Source of the DNA: an uncultured delta proteobacterium
GTDB taxonomy: Bacteria; Desulfobacterota; Binatia; UBA9968
NCBI GenBank assembly: GCA_963745035.1
Contig: CAVUVW010000004.1
Location: 28,021 to 92,020 of the forward strand
DNA length: 64,000 nucleotides
Direction of reading: 5' to 3'
Shown piece after piece: positions 31,727 to 42,069 of the stretch (positions are counted from its first letter, which is position 1; the number at the start of each line of letters is the position of its first letter). Under the pieces are notes generated by a model. That model was not told the origin of the DNA. It ran no database searches and saw only the letters and a program-made list of their open reading frames with translations. Both the position numbers and the translations under genes were made by a program.

Positions 31727-32768
31727 GTGGGATATGTGAAGAACTAGTTTTGATCGCGTGCGGTCCTTGCGCTCGGCGTTGCGGCTGCGCAGCCTACGGC
31801 TCAGGCGCAGGATTTCTACAAAGACAAAACGCTTGACGATCATCGTCGGCTATTCGCCCGGCGGTTCCTTCGATCTCTACGCGCGCGTGATCGCGCGTTA
31901 CATCGGCCGCTATCTGCCGGGCAATCCGACGCGCATCGTGGAAAACATGACGGGCGCGGGCGGGCTGATCGCCGCCAACCATCTGTACAACCGCGGTCAA
32001 GCCGGACGGCTTGACGATCGGCGCATGGGCGTCGCCGTTGGTGTTGCAGCACATCATGGGCAATGAGGCGGCGCAGTTCGACGGTCGCAAGTTCGGCTAT
32101 CTCGGCATCCCCAGCCCGTACGACACGGTCTGCACGTTCAATCAGCAAAGCGGCATTACCAAGATGGACGATTGGATCAACGCCAAGCGGCCGCAGAAAA
32201 TTTCCGCCATCGGTCCGGGCACGAGCACGTCGGATATTCCCAAGCTGCTCAAAGCGGCGCTGAATCTGCCGATGGACGTGATCGACGGCTACAAAGGCGG
32301 CGCGGACGCGCGCCTGGCGGTCGAGTCGGGCGAAGTCGACGGCTACTGCGGCTCGTGGGGCACGGTGGAAACGGTGTGGCGCGGCGCCTTCGAAAGCGAA
32401 GAAAGTTCATCCGGTGTTGCAGGCGTCGCTGAAATCGCATCCCAAATACAAGCAATATCCGCTCGCGATCAGCTACGCCAAGACCGAAGAAGCCCGCGAG
32501 TTGCTCACGGTCGCCGACAACGCCCACGGCGCGCAATTTCCTTTCACCGTGCCGCCGGGCATGGCCAAGGAGCGGCTGGAGATGTTGCAGCAGGCTTTCA
32601 TCAAGACCCTTAAGGATCCCGATCTCATCGCCGAAGCAAAGCAAGTCGCAGCTGGACATCGACCCGGTCGACGGTCCGACGGTGACGAAGACTCTGGCGG
32701 GTCTCTACGACTTCAAGCCGGCGACCGTGGCACGGCTGAAGGAAATTCTCCTGGCGAAAAAGAGATAA
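31727..32768 (+). CDS. Bug/TctC tripartite tricarboxylate transporter receptor, frameshifted, orphan
   Basis: FYKDK, IVGYSPGGSFDLYAR, ENMTGAGG, GYKGG...LAVESGEVDG. Confidence 0.85.
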
Positions 32769-32927
32769 ACGCGTAGCTCCGATCCCGAGTCCGGCATTGA
32801 GCCAGCCAAGCACGGCCATGCCGAATCGCGCATTCTAACTTGACACTCCCGGCGGTTTCCCGATAGACACTCACACAGAAGATTTTGCTCCCGATCGACA
32901 CTCTTCGACGAAGGGAGGCCGGCGAAC

Positions 32928-33889
32928 ATGGCGGAAATCGTAATCGGCATCGGCACATCCCACAGCCCGCAGTTGAGCATCCGCGCAAAGGACTGGGAAT
33001 ACCTTCTCAAAAAGGACGAGACCGATCCGCGGCTCGACTATCCAGGCCTTGCTGCAAAAAGGCCAAACCGGGCCTCGATAAACGAGCTGACGCCGGAGAA
33101 ATTTCGCGAGCGCGATCAGGCTTGCCAGACGGCGATCCGAACCTTGGGCGAGGCGCTGCAAGCGGCGCGCGCCGATCTGGTGGTGATTTTCGGCGACGAT
33201 CAGCAGGAGCAGTTTCACGACGACAACATGCCGACGTTCGCGATCTATCACGGCAAGTCGGTGCCGGTCGTAAAGGACAACAAGCATCAATCCGTCGGGG
33301 TGGAAAGACGCGGAGCGGCGCGGTTGGGCCGAAACCGCGGCGGAGTACGACACCGCGCAGGAGCTAGCCAATCATCTGATTCGCTCGCTCGTCGATGCCG
33401 AGTTCGACATCGCGCGCTGCAACAAGCTGCGCGAAGAAATCGGCGTCGGCCATGCCTTCAGCTTTCTCTACCGGCGCATCTTGCCGGGCGGCAAGCTGCC
33501 CATGGTGCCGGTGATGGTCAACACTTATTATCCCCCCAATCAGCCGACGCCGAAGCGCTGCTACGCTTTCGGCCAGGCGGTGCGCAACGCGATCGAATCG
33601 TGGGACAGCGACAAGCGAGTGGCGCTCATGGCTTCGGGCGGGCTGAGCCACGTGGTGATCGATGAAGAAATCGACGCCATGGTCATCGACGGCTGAAGAA
33701 CAAGAAGCCGGAAGTCGTTGTTTCAGTTTGCCGCGGGAAAAACTGCGCGGCGGCACATCGGAAATCCTCAACTGGGTGGCGTTGGCCGGTGCCATGGAAA
33801 AGCGCGAACTCAAGTATTTCGAATACGTCACGACCTACCGTTCTCCGGCGGCGACCGGGTGCGGGATGGGGTTTGCGTACTGGACGTAG
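32928..33889 (+). CDS. DesZ-like (3-O-methylgallate dioxygenase, LigB superfamily) extradiol ring-cleavage dioxygenase, frameshifted
   Basis: MAEIVIGIGTSH, GDDQ.E, HAFSFLYRRI, NTYYPPNQPTPKRC, ASGGLSH.VIDEEID, GTSE..NW, YRS.A.TG..MGF. Confidence 0.85.
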
Positions 33890-33927
33890 AGTCGGCGGCA
33901 GTTTCGCCGCGCGTGACAGGATTTTTC

Positions 33928-34592
33928 ATGGCAAGAGAAGCGATCATCGAACGGCTGGCGAAGCTCGATACCTGCGCAGTTTCGGATGCACTGGATAGCT
34001 TGGATCTGAAAGGCGCGACTTGGGGCGTGCGGCCACAGTGGCAGTGCCCGCGGATCGTCGGCCGGGCGGTGACGATGAAGATCAAGCCGGCGGGATTCGC
34101 AGCAACCAAAGCAACATCTCGGCACCGCGCCCATCGAAGCGGCGCAGTCCGGCGATATCATCGTCATCGACAACGGCGGCAAGCTGGAGTTTTCCTGCTG
34201 GGGCGGTTTGCTGGCGCTCTCGGCGAAGTTGAAAGGCTTGAGCGGTGTGGTGATCGACGGCGCGTCGCGCGACATCGACGAAGCGCGCGAGCTGGAATTT
34301 CCCGTTTTTGCGCGCGGCGCAGTGCCGATGACCGCGCGTGGGCGGATTGTCCAAGAATCCTTCAATCAGGAAATTCAATTTGCCGGCGTGCAATGCCGAT
34401 CCCGGAGATCTGGTGATCGCGGACGGCAGCGGCGTGGTGATTATTCCCAAAGAGAAAGAAGCCGAGGTGGTGACCGCGGCGGAGACGATTTACGCCAAAG
34501 AACAGGAAATGGCCGCGGGCATCCGCAAAGGCTTTTCCGGCCTAGAGATGCTCGAAAAGCTCGGCTATGAGCAGATGCTGAACAAAAAATAG
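33928..34592 (+). CDS. RraA/HMG-CHA aldolase (LigK-like), frameshifted
   Basis: VSDALD, GRAVT, CWGG, VIDGASRD, GD...AD.SGV. Confidence 0.85.
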
Positions 34593-34628
34593 CAAAGGCA
34601 AGTAATTTAGATTGCCATAAAAGAAACG

Positions 34629-35912
34629 ATGCTGACACGTGAAGAAAATCTGCTTCTGACCGAAGTGAGCCCCGGCACGGCGTGCGGCGAGCTCTTGCGG
34701 AGATACTGGCATCCGGTTGCCGCCGCCGCGGAATTGACCGACGAGAAGCCGATCAAAGCCGTGAAGATTCTCAATGAGGAGCTGGTCGTCTATCGAAATC
34801 GCAGAGGCGAGTACGGCCTGGTAGGCGAGCATTGCCCGCACCGTTTGGCTTCGTTGGCGTACGGGCGGGTCGATGACGAAGGGATTCGCTGTCCGTATCA
34901 CGGCTGGAAGTTCGACCGCAGCGGGCGCTGTCTCGAACAGCCGGCGGAGCCTGCTGAAAGCACGTTCAAAGACCGCATCCGCCACGTCGCCTATCCGGTG
35001 CAGTATTTAGGCGGGCTGATCTATGCCTATCTAGGTCCCGCGCCCGCGCCGCTCTTGCCGCGCTGGGACGTGTTGGTTTGGGAGCACGGGCGGCGCTGGA
35101 TCGTCAAAGAATCGATCATCGACTGTAACTGGCTGCAGCCGATGGAAAATTCCGTGGACCCGTCGCATCTTTATTGGCTCCACGGCGATACCGAGCGCTT
35201 TGTGCCGTCGGTAAAAACCTACGCCGAGAGTTACGAGTTTATTCGTTTCGAATACGGCATCAGAAAACGTCGAACGACCTTGCCGCTGGCAACCGGAGGG
35301 AATCCGGCCGTGGACGATCATCCGTTGCTCTTCCCGACAGTGTTGCGGCACGTGGCGCCGTTTAACGAGGGCAGCGGGCACCGCCATAATTTACAGATTC
35401 GCGTGCCGGTGGACGATCATCACACCCAGGTGTTTCGGGTGAATTTTTTGCCGATGGATTCGGAGCGGACGCCTGCAGATGCGCCGGTGCCGCTGCGCTT
35501 CGTGCAACTCAAAACCGGTCCGCGCGAGTACAAGATGAACATGATTCCCGCGCAGGACTCGATGGCATGGGAAACTCAGGGAACCCGCACCGACCGCACC
35601 CAGGAGCATCTGGGCGTGGGCGACGAAGGCATCATCGAACTCAGAAAACTTTTGCGCGAGCAGATCGAGCGCGTGCAACGGGGCCAGGAGCCGATGGGAT
35701 TGATACGCGATCCGCAGGAAAATCAACTGATTGACCTCCACGTGATCAACGAGCGCATCGGCCTGTTCGCTCCCGAGTTCTGGGATTCAGAACCGCAGTC
35801 GGGCTGTGGGCATTTAACTTCTCCGCTCTTTCCTGCACCTTTTACATCCCGTAATTGCTCGCGTTCGCACGCGACCAAATCATTCTCTTGCATGCTGACC
35901 GTTAAGACATAA
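34629..35912 (+). CDS. Rieske oxygenase alpha subunit #3 (LigXa-like); extreme C-terminus uncertain
   Basis: MLTREEN...GELLRRYW, CPHR...CPYHGW, ENSVDPSHLYWLH, QDSMAWETQG. Confidence 0.92.
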   Translation: MLTREENLLLTEVSPGTACGELLRRYWHPVAAAAELTDEKPIKAVKILNEELVVYRNRRGEYGLVGEHCPHRLASLAYGRVDDEGIRCPYHGWKFDRSGRCLEQPAEPAESTFKDRIRHVAYPVQYLGGLIYAYLGPAPAPLLPRWDVLVWEHGRRWIVKESIIDCNWLQPMENSVDPSHLYWLHGDTERFVPSVKTYAESYEFIRFEYGIRKRRTTLPLATGGNPAVDDHPLLFPTVLRHVAPFNEGSGHRHNLQIRVPVDDHHTQVFRVNFLPMDSERTPADAPVPLRFVQLKTGPREYKMNMIPAQDSMAWETQGTRTDRTQEHLGVGDEGIIELRKLLREQIERVQRGQEPMGLIRDPQENQLIDLHVINERIGLFAPEFWDSEPQSGCGHLTSPLFPAPFTSRNCSRSHATKSFSCMLTVKT

Positions 35913-35927
35913 AAAGTTCATGTCTTA
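35903..35927. promoter_or_regulatory. Operator-like palindrome upstream of Rieske #4
   Basis: TAAGACAT-N9-ATGTCTTA perfect 8-bp inverted repeat in an AT-rich tract. Confidence 0.45.
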
Positions 35928-36037
35928 TCTAAATACCTGATTTATTTGATGTTTTTTGCCGAAAAGCCCTTGCGCTGCGCAAGCCTCTTCGACTAATATC
36001 TGGCAGGCTTGAATGAAGACGTCACGAGGGTGAACGC

Positions 36038-37204
36038 ATGCTGACGCGCGAAGAAAACGAAATGCTGACGAGGGTGGGGCCGAGTACTCCAGCCGGTGAT
36101 TTGCTGCGGCGCTACTGGTTTCCGGTCGGGGTTGCGAGCGAGCTCACCGAAGGAGAATCCAACCCAGATTGTCCGCATTCTCGGCGAAACGCTGGTACTC
36201 TTCCGCGACAAATCGGGGAATGTCGGATTGATCGATGATCGCTGCGCGCATCGCGGCGCGTCGCTTTGCTACGGCAGGGTCGAAAAGCGCGGCATCGCGT
36301 GCCCGTATCACGGCTGGCTTTATGATACCAAGGGCAACTGCCTGGAGACTCCGGCCGAGCCGGCAAGCAGCAAATTCCATCTCACAGTTAAACAGAAAGC
36401 CTATCCGGTGCAGAAATTGGTCGGGCTCTATTGGACCTACATGGGGCCGAGCCGGCGCCGCTGATCACCAACTTCGATATCTGGTTTCGCAAAGATGGAC
36501 GGCGCAAAATTTTTATCCAGCCCCAGCTCGACTGCAATTGGTTTCAGGCGATGGAAAACTCCGTTGATCCGGCGCACTTGCAAATTCTTCATCAAGAGAC
36601 CGCCGGGCGCGGGCGCGCCGTGGCGGATAGCACGCGCGGCCTCACCGACGACGTCGCGAATTTCGATTTCTACGAAGTTTCCTACGGCATCATGAAGCGG
36701 CGCACCTATAAAAACGGCATGATCGACGAGCACCCGCTGATTTTCCCCAACATCTTGCGCCAGGGAAACGTCGGCCAGATCCGCGTGCCGATGGACGATA
36801 CCCACACCAAAGTTTACTTCGTCAGGTTCTTTCCCAGCGAGGACGGTGAGATCATCGAAAACGACGAGCCACCGGCGGAATATCTCGCGCCGTACAAAAA
36901 CCCACCCGATGCGCTGCATCCCTATACGAAATTCCGTATGGACTGCGTGCAGGCGCAGGATCACATGGCCTGGGAAACCCAGGGTCCGATCGCAGATAGG
37001 ACGCGCGAGCGCCTGGCGACCACCGACCGCGGTATCATCATGCTGCGCGAAGTCATGTTCCGCGAGATGAAAAAATTGCGCGCGGGGCAGGATCCGATGG
37101 GCGTGATCCGCGATCCCGGCAAGAATCCATTCATCGATACGCACTTGCTGGAATCGATCGAGCAAGGGGTCATGGATCGCGCACCCTACGCCGTCAATCA
37201 GTAA
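36038..37204 (+). CDS. Rieske oxygenase alpha subunit #4 (LigXa-like), frameshifted
   Basis: MLTREEN, CAHRG...CPYHGW, ENSVDPAHLQILH, QDHMAWETQG. Confidence 0.9.
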
Positions 37205-37376
37205 CGAATCCTCTGGCGTCTTCCGTTTAGAGGTTCGCCGGTCGTCTCTCTTTGGAGACCGCGCCTGTCCCGCTCGCAGATTTTCGCGTCATCAAGGTTT
37301 CTAGGAAAATCTTCCCTTGCCTTGGCGGAAGGCGGCGAATATGATCGCCGCGCATCCAGCAAAACGAGGAAAAATC

Positions 37377-38111
37377 ATGAGCGATCTCTCAAAATTGCGC
37401 GAGTTGGTGGCGCAGTCGTGCCGGGTGCTCGGCAAACTCAACTTGACCAAAGAACCGAGCGGCCACGTCAGCGCACGGGTGCCGGGCGAGGAGCGCGTGT
37501 TGATCAAAGCGCGCGGCCCGGAGGAATCCGGCCTGCGCTTCGTCGGTGCGCGCGACATCATCACCGTCGATTTTAACGGTAAGAAAGTCGCCGGCGACGA
37601 CGGCCTGGAGACGCCGCAGGAAGTATTCATCCACACTTGGCTTTACAAGACCCGTCCCGAAGTCCAGTGCGTCGTCCACGTCCATCCGCTGACCGTCGTG
37701 CTGTTCACGATTTGCGACAAACCGCTGCTGCCGCTCTACGGCGCTTACGATCCATCGGGTCTGCGGCTGCTCGTGGAAGGATTGGCGGAGTATCCGCGCA
37801 GCATCACGGTGTCCAACGAAAATCTCGGCGAGGAGTTCGCCAAGGCGATGGGCGGCAAAGCGGCTTGTCTGATGCGCGGTCACGGCATCACCACCGCGGG
37901 CGCCGGAGTTGAGGAGGCAACGCTTACCGCGATCAAGCTCAACGATGCGGCCGAGATCAACTACCGCGCCGCGCTGCTCGGCACACCGCGGCCGATTCCG
38001 CCCGAGGATATCGAAATTCTCGCCGGCAGGACACGCCGCGACACGCGCTCGGTTCACAGCGTTTCCAACTGGCGCTACTACTGCAAGCTGCTCGACGAAG
38101 ATCCGGTCTAA
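37377..38111 (+). CDS. Class II aldolase/adducin-family protein
   Basis: GHVSAR, EVFIH, HVH, MRGHG Zn ligands. Confidence 0.9.
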   Translation: MSDLSKLRELVAQSCRVLGKLNLTKEPSGHVSARVPGEERVLIKARGPEESGLRFVGARDIITVDFNGKKVAGDDGLETPQEVFIHTWLYKTRPEVQCVVHVHPLTVVLFTICDKPLLPLYGAYDPSGLRLLVEGLAEYPRSITVSNENLGEEFAKAMGGKAACLMRGHGITTAGAGVEEATLTAIKLNDAAEINYRAALLGTPRPIPPEDIEILAGRTRRDTRSVHSVSNWRYYCKLLDEDPV

Positions 38112-38199
38112 CCGAGTCCTCATAGCAGCTTTTTGCGATTCACGTCGCGGCCAAGGACTTCAGAGGAATTTAATACCCCCATATTCGCTAACTCGCCCG

Positions 38200-39927
38200 A
38201 TGACGATGCGGTCAACCGCTGCCGAAGCTGCCGGTCTCAAATTTCATTGGCGTCCGCAGGGCGCGGCGGAACTGCTCATGCTGGTTTTTTTCGCCACGGC
38301 GATGGGGCTGCCGTTGTTCTTTTTGCTCGCGGGCAGCTTCAACTTGTCGCCCCCCGGCGGGGAAGCGATTTACGGTCTTGGTAATTGGCTGCGCGCGTTC
38401 CACGACGGCGCGACCATCGATGCGCTCTGGATGAGTTTCTTGCTTTCCGCCGTCCGGCTGGTGCCGGCGATGGCGATCGCGGTGATTTTCGCCTGGCTTA
38501 TCGGGCGCACGGATATGCCCGGCGGAAACGCCATTGAATTCTTCTGCTGGCTCGCGTTTTTCATCCCCGATTTTCCCCTGACACTTGCTTGGATTTTGCT
38601 CCTCGATCCCAACTATGGTTTTCTGAACGCGCTCGCGCGCGGCTTGCCGTTCGTCGATGGACCGCTGTTCAATCCTTACAGCTTTTGGGGCATCGTCTGG
38701 GTGCATACCTCGGCGGGCGGCATCTGGTTCAAGGTGATTCTCCTGACGCCGGTTTTCCGGCGGCTCGGCGCATCGTTGGAGGAAGCGGCGCGGGTCGCGG
38801 GCGCGGACACTTGGACCACACTCCGGCGGGTGACCCTGCCGCTGCTGGCGCCGATGATCTTGGCGGTTGCGGTCTTGAGCTTCATTCGCGGCCTGCAATC
38901 GTTCAACACCGAGCTGCTGCTGGGCACGCCGGCCGGCATCTACGTCTATTCGACGCGCATCTACGACTACATCCGCCGCGAGCCGGCTTCCTACGGCGAA
39001 GCGACCGCGCTCGGCTCGATCTTCATCGTCATTCTCGGCATCCTGTTGTTTTCCTATTGGCGTTTTCTCGCGGCCAAGGGCAAGTTCGCGGTCATCACCG
39101 GGCAGGGCTACTCGGCCGCGCGCGTTAAGCTCGGCAAGTGGCGCGGCATTGCTTTGGCCGGCTGTCTTTTCTACTTGGCGGTCATGACCGTGTTGCCGCT
39201 GATTTTCCTAGTTGTCGGCTCGTTCATGCGCCGCTTTGGATTTTTTCATATCGCTTCGCCGTTTACCTTGGCGCACTGGCAGAATCTTTTGAGCGACGCG
39301 ATTTTTCTCGTGGCGCTGAAAAACAGTTTGATCATTGCAACGGTGGCCGCCGCTGCCGGGATTTTGCTCTACTCCACCGTGGCCTACCTGTTGGCGTCGC
39401 GCCGGACGGTCGCGGGCGCGGTTTTGGAAGGACTCTGCTGGCTGCCGCACGTTCTGCCGGGCATCCTTTTAGGTTTGGGGGTGCTCTGGCTTTTTCTCGC
39501 CACCCCGCTGAGATTTTTTCTTTACGGCACCGTGTGGGGCATCGCCTTCGCGCTCATGCTGAGCGACAGTCCGGTGTCGACCCAGGCATTTCGCGCCGGA
39601 TTTCTGCAATTGGGCGCCGATCTCGAAGAAGCCGCGCGCGTTGCGGGGGCGTCGTGGTGGTACACCTACCGGCGCATCTTGCTGCCACTGCTCGCGCCGA
39701 TCGCCGGCGCGGTGGGCCTGATGAACTTCGGTGGCGCCTTGACCAGCATCAGCACTCCCGTGCTACTTTACAGCCACCAGTCGCGCCCGCTGGCGATTTT
39801 GCTCCTTGAATACAGCGTGACCGGAGAGTTGGAGCGCGGCGCTGCGCTGGGCTTGCTGATTACCGCCATGATCTGCGTAATGATGCTCGCCGGCCTCAAG
39901 CTCGGTCTGCGTTTGTCCGGGCTGTAG
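38200..39927 (+). CDS. FbpB-type (iron/thiamine) ABC transporter permease
   Basis: Two EEAARVAGA (EAA) loops, ~12 TM segments. Confidence 0.9.
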   Translation: MTMRSTAAEAAGLKFHWRPQGAAELLMLVFFATAMGLPLFFLLAGSFNLSPPGGEAIYGLGNWLRAFHDGATIDALWMSFLLSAVRLVPAMAIAVIFAWLIGRTDMPGGNAIEFFCWLAFFIPDFPLTLAWILLLDPNYGFLNALARGLPFVDGPLFNPYSFWGIVWVHTSAGGIWFKVILLTPVFRRLGASLEEAARVAGADTWTTLRRVTLPLLAPMILAVAVLSFIRGLQSFNTELLLGTPAGIYVYSTRIYDYIRREPASYGEATALGSIFIVILGILLFSYWRFLAAKGKFAVITGQGYSAARVKLGKWRGIALAGCLFYLAVMTVLPLIFLVVGSFMRRFGFFHIASPFTLAHWQNLLSDAIFLVALKNSLIIATVAAAAGILLYSTVAYLLASRRTVAGAVLEGLCWLPHVLPGILLGLGVLWLFLATPLRFFLYGTVWGIAFALMLSDSPVSTQAFRAGFLQLGADLEEAARVAGASWWYTYRRILLPLLAPIAGAVGLMNFGGALTSISTPVLLYSHQSRPLAILLLEYSVTGELERGAALGLLITAMICVMMLAGLKLGLRLSGL

Positions 39928-39950
39928 CGATCAAGCGCCTCGGAGGAAGC

Positions 39951-41042
39951 ATGAGAATGATCGCGTTGCTTTTTATCATGGTTGCGTCGATCGCGCCGGT
40001 ATGGGCGCAAACCAAGGCGAGCGACAAGGACTGGAACGCGCTCGTGGAAGCGGCCAAGAAAGAAGGCAAGGTCGTGGTCGCCGGATCTCCCGATCCGGTG
40101 ATGCGCAATGAAATCATTCCCAAGTTCAAAGAGCGCTACGGCGTCGCCGTCGAACTCCTCGCCGGCCGCTCGAGCGAGATCACCGCGCGGGTCAAAACCG
40201 AGCGGGGATCCGGAATCTACAGCGTCGACGTTTATCTCGCTGGACCGGACACGACGGCAGTCGTGCTCTACGGCGAGAGGATGATCGATCCGCTGCGGCC
40301 GCTGTTGGTCATGCCCGAAGTGGTGGACGGCACGAAATGGAAACGCGGCAAGGTCTGGTTCGCCGACCCGGAAGAGCGCTTCGCGGCGCGGCCGTTCAGC
40401 AGCGTGGCGACCATGCTGTTCATTAATACGGATCATGTGAAGCCCGAGGAAATGCGTTCGGCCAAGGATCTGCTCAATCCTAAGTGGCGGGGTAAAATTT
40501 CGGCTGAGGACCCGACCACCACCGGCTCAGGTTCGAACGCCGCGGCGCGGTTTTATCACGATCTCGGCGAAGAATTCGTGCGCAAACTCTATATCGAGCA
40601 AAAGACCGTGCGCACTCGCGAGCGCCGGCAGATGTCGGACTGGCTCGCGCGCGGCACCCAGCCGATCTGCTTGAACTGCCGGGAAGACGACGTGCGACCG
40701 CTGGTTAAGGAGGGATTCAAGATCCTTGAAATTTTCGAACTGACCGATATGCCCGGCTCGGTCAACGGCTCGCCGTGGATGATCACCATCGCCAATCGAG
40801 CCCCGAATCCGAAAGCGGCGCAATTGTTCGCCAACTGGATTCTGTCGCGCGAGGGCCTTGGTATCTATGCGCGCGGCTACGGCTCGGTCAGCATGCGCAC
40901 GGACGTCGAGGAGAGCAATCTCAATCCGGGTAATCTGCCGAAGAAGGGCGTGAAATATTTCGACGACACCGATTGGAACTGGATTGTCACCGGACGCCAT
41001 GAGTATCGGGAGAAGGTCTGGCAGGTACTCAAATCGCGCTGA
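39951..41042 (+). CDS. FbpA/AfuA-type extracellular solute-binding protein
   Basis: Signal peptide, AAKKEGKVVV, DLLNPKWRGKI, APNPKAAQLFANW. Confidence 0.9.
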   Translation: MRMIALLFIMVASIAPVWAQTKASDKDWNALVEAAKKEGKVVVAGSPDPVMRNEIIPKFKERYGVAVELLAGRSSEITARVKTERGSGIYSVDVYLAGPDTTAVVLYGERMIDPLRPLLVMPEVVDGTKWKRGKVWFADPEERFAARPFSSVATMLFINTDHVKPEEMRSAKDLLNPKWRGKISAEDPTTTGSGSNAAARFYHDLGEEFVRKLYIEQKTVRTRERRQMSDWLARGTQPICLNCREDDVRPLVKEGFKILEIFELTDMPGSVNGSPWMITIANRAPNPKAAQLFANWILSREGLGIYARGYGSVSMRTDVEESNLNPGNLPKKGVKYFDDTDWNWIVTGRHEYREKVWQVLKSR

Positions 41043-41056
41043 GCGCGATTTGAAAC

Positions 41057-41094
41057 GTTCAAGCCGTTCAAATGGTTCAAGTCGTTCAAGCCGT
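41057..41094. repeat. 9-bp-period GTTCAAnnn tandem array (second copy)
   Basis: GTTCAA at 41057, 41066, 41075, 41084. Confidence 0.85.
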
Positions 41095-41127
41095 GCGAGC
41101 AACCACGGAAAGAAAGGCGAAGGAGTT

Positions 41128-42063
41128 ATGGCTGCAAAAAAAATTCGTATTTACTACCGGGCGCCGAGCCACGTACCGCTGTGGAAGGTGATGGAAGCAT
41201 GCGGCTTCATGGAAAAGCACGGCTTGGCGATGGAAATGGGCTCGCTCGAAGGGCAGCGCAAACGAGCGGCCGAAGGCCTCAAGGCGGGCGAGTTGGATAT
41301 CGTCTCGGGCAATCATCACAATTTGTACGCGCGCAAAGCGCTGCACGGCGATCCGTACGTGCACATCGGGCAGAGCAATAATGCCTGGCGTGAGAATTTT
41401 TTAGTCTGCGGCAAAGGCATCAATGGCCTCGCGGACCTGAAAGACAAGCGCATCGCGATGGACGATTACGACGGTCATACGGGACTTAATGTCTGGCTCT
41501 ATCTCAGACAGCACGGCTTGGAAGAGGGGCGCGACGTCGAGCTGGTCACCGATCCGGTGAAGGGCGCGGAGCGCGCGAAAGGCGTTATGGACGAAAAATA
41601 CGATGCCACCTTTATCCGCGCGGTGGACCGGCTGCGCGCGTTGAAATTCGGCGCGAAGATCGTCGAAGTCCCGCCCATGGCGATGATCGAAGGCGTGACA
41701 CTCACGACGACGACCACTTACGTGAAGAATCATGAGGGCGAAGCGCGCGCGTTGATTATGGCGATGATCGACGGCATTCATTTCTTTAAAACCAACAAGG
41801 CCGATACGCTCGCGATCCTAAAAAAGCACTGCTCGCAGCTGCTCAAGATGCACGACGACGCGGAGTGGGATTGTTTTTACGAGACCCAATCCGAGACGCT
41901 GGAGAAAGCGCCGTATCCTTCCATCGAAGCGATTCAGAACGTCTTTGCCCTCGCCGTGAAGCGCGACCCGGAAATCAAGGAATTCAATCCGCTGGCGCTG
42001 TGGGATCTCCACTATGTCAAAGAGATCGACGACAGCGGTTACATCCGACGACTGTATCAGTGA
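41128..42063 (+). CDS. NMT1/THI5-like periplasmic-binding-fold protein #6, no signal peptide
   Basis: GFMEKHGL, DLKDKRIA, GLEEGRDVEL, YVKEIDDSGYI; N-terminus MAAKKIRIYY has no h-region; RBS aggag. Confidence 0.8.
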   Translation: MAAKKIRIYYRAPSHVPLWKVMEACGFMEKHGLAMEMGSLEGQRKRAAEGLKAGELDIVSGNHHNLYARKALHGDPYVHIGQSNNAWRENFLVCGKGINGLADLKDKRIAMDDYDGHTGLNVWLYLRQHGLEEGRDVELVTDPVKGAERAKGVMDEKYDATFIRAVDRLRALKFGAKIVEVPPMAMIEGVTLTTTTTYVKNHEGEARALIMAMIDGIHFFKTNKADTLAILKKHCSQLLKMHDDAEWDCFYETQSETLEKAPYPSIEAIQNVFALAVKRDPEIKEFNPLALWDLHYVKEIDDSGYIRRLYQ

Positions 42064-42069
42064 TCTGAT

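Noticed and set aside
33692-33697. In-frame TGA in the DesZ-like gene as possible selenocysteine or readthrough
   Set aside because: The homologous sequence continues in another frame, so this is an indel
35901-35934. Possible dif/Xer site
   Set aside because: Only partial similarity (ACATAA, TTATCTAAAT); the 11-6-11 layout does not fit
37909-38199. N-terminal extensions of ORFs (also 14600, 27268, 40984, 47488, 52940)
   Set aside because: They overlap upstream genes or spacers; downstream starts fit family lengths and RBS positions better
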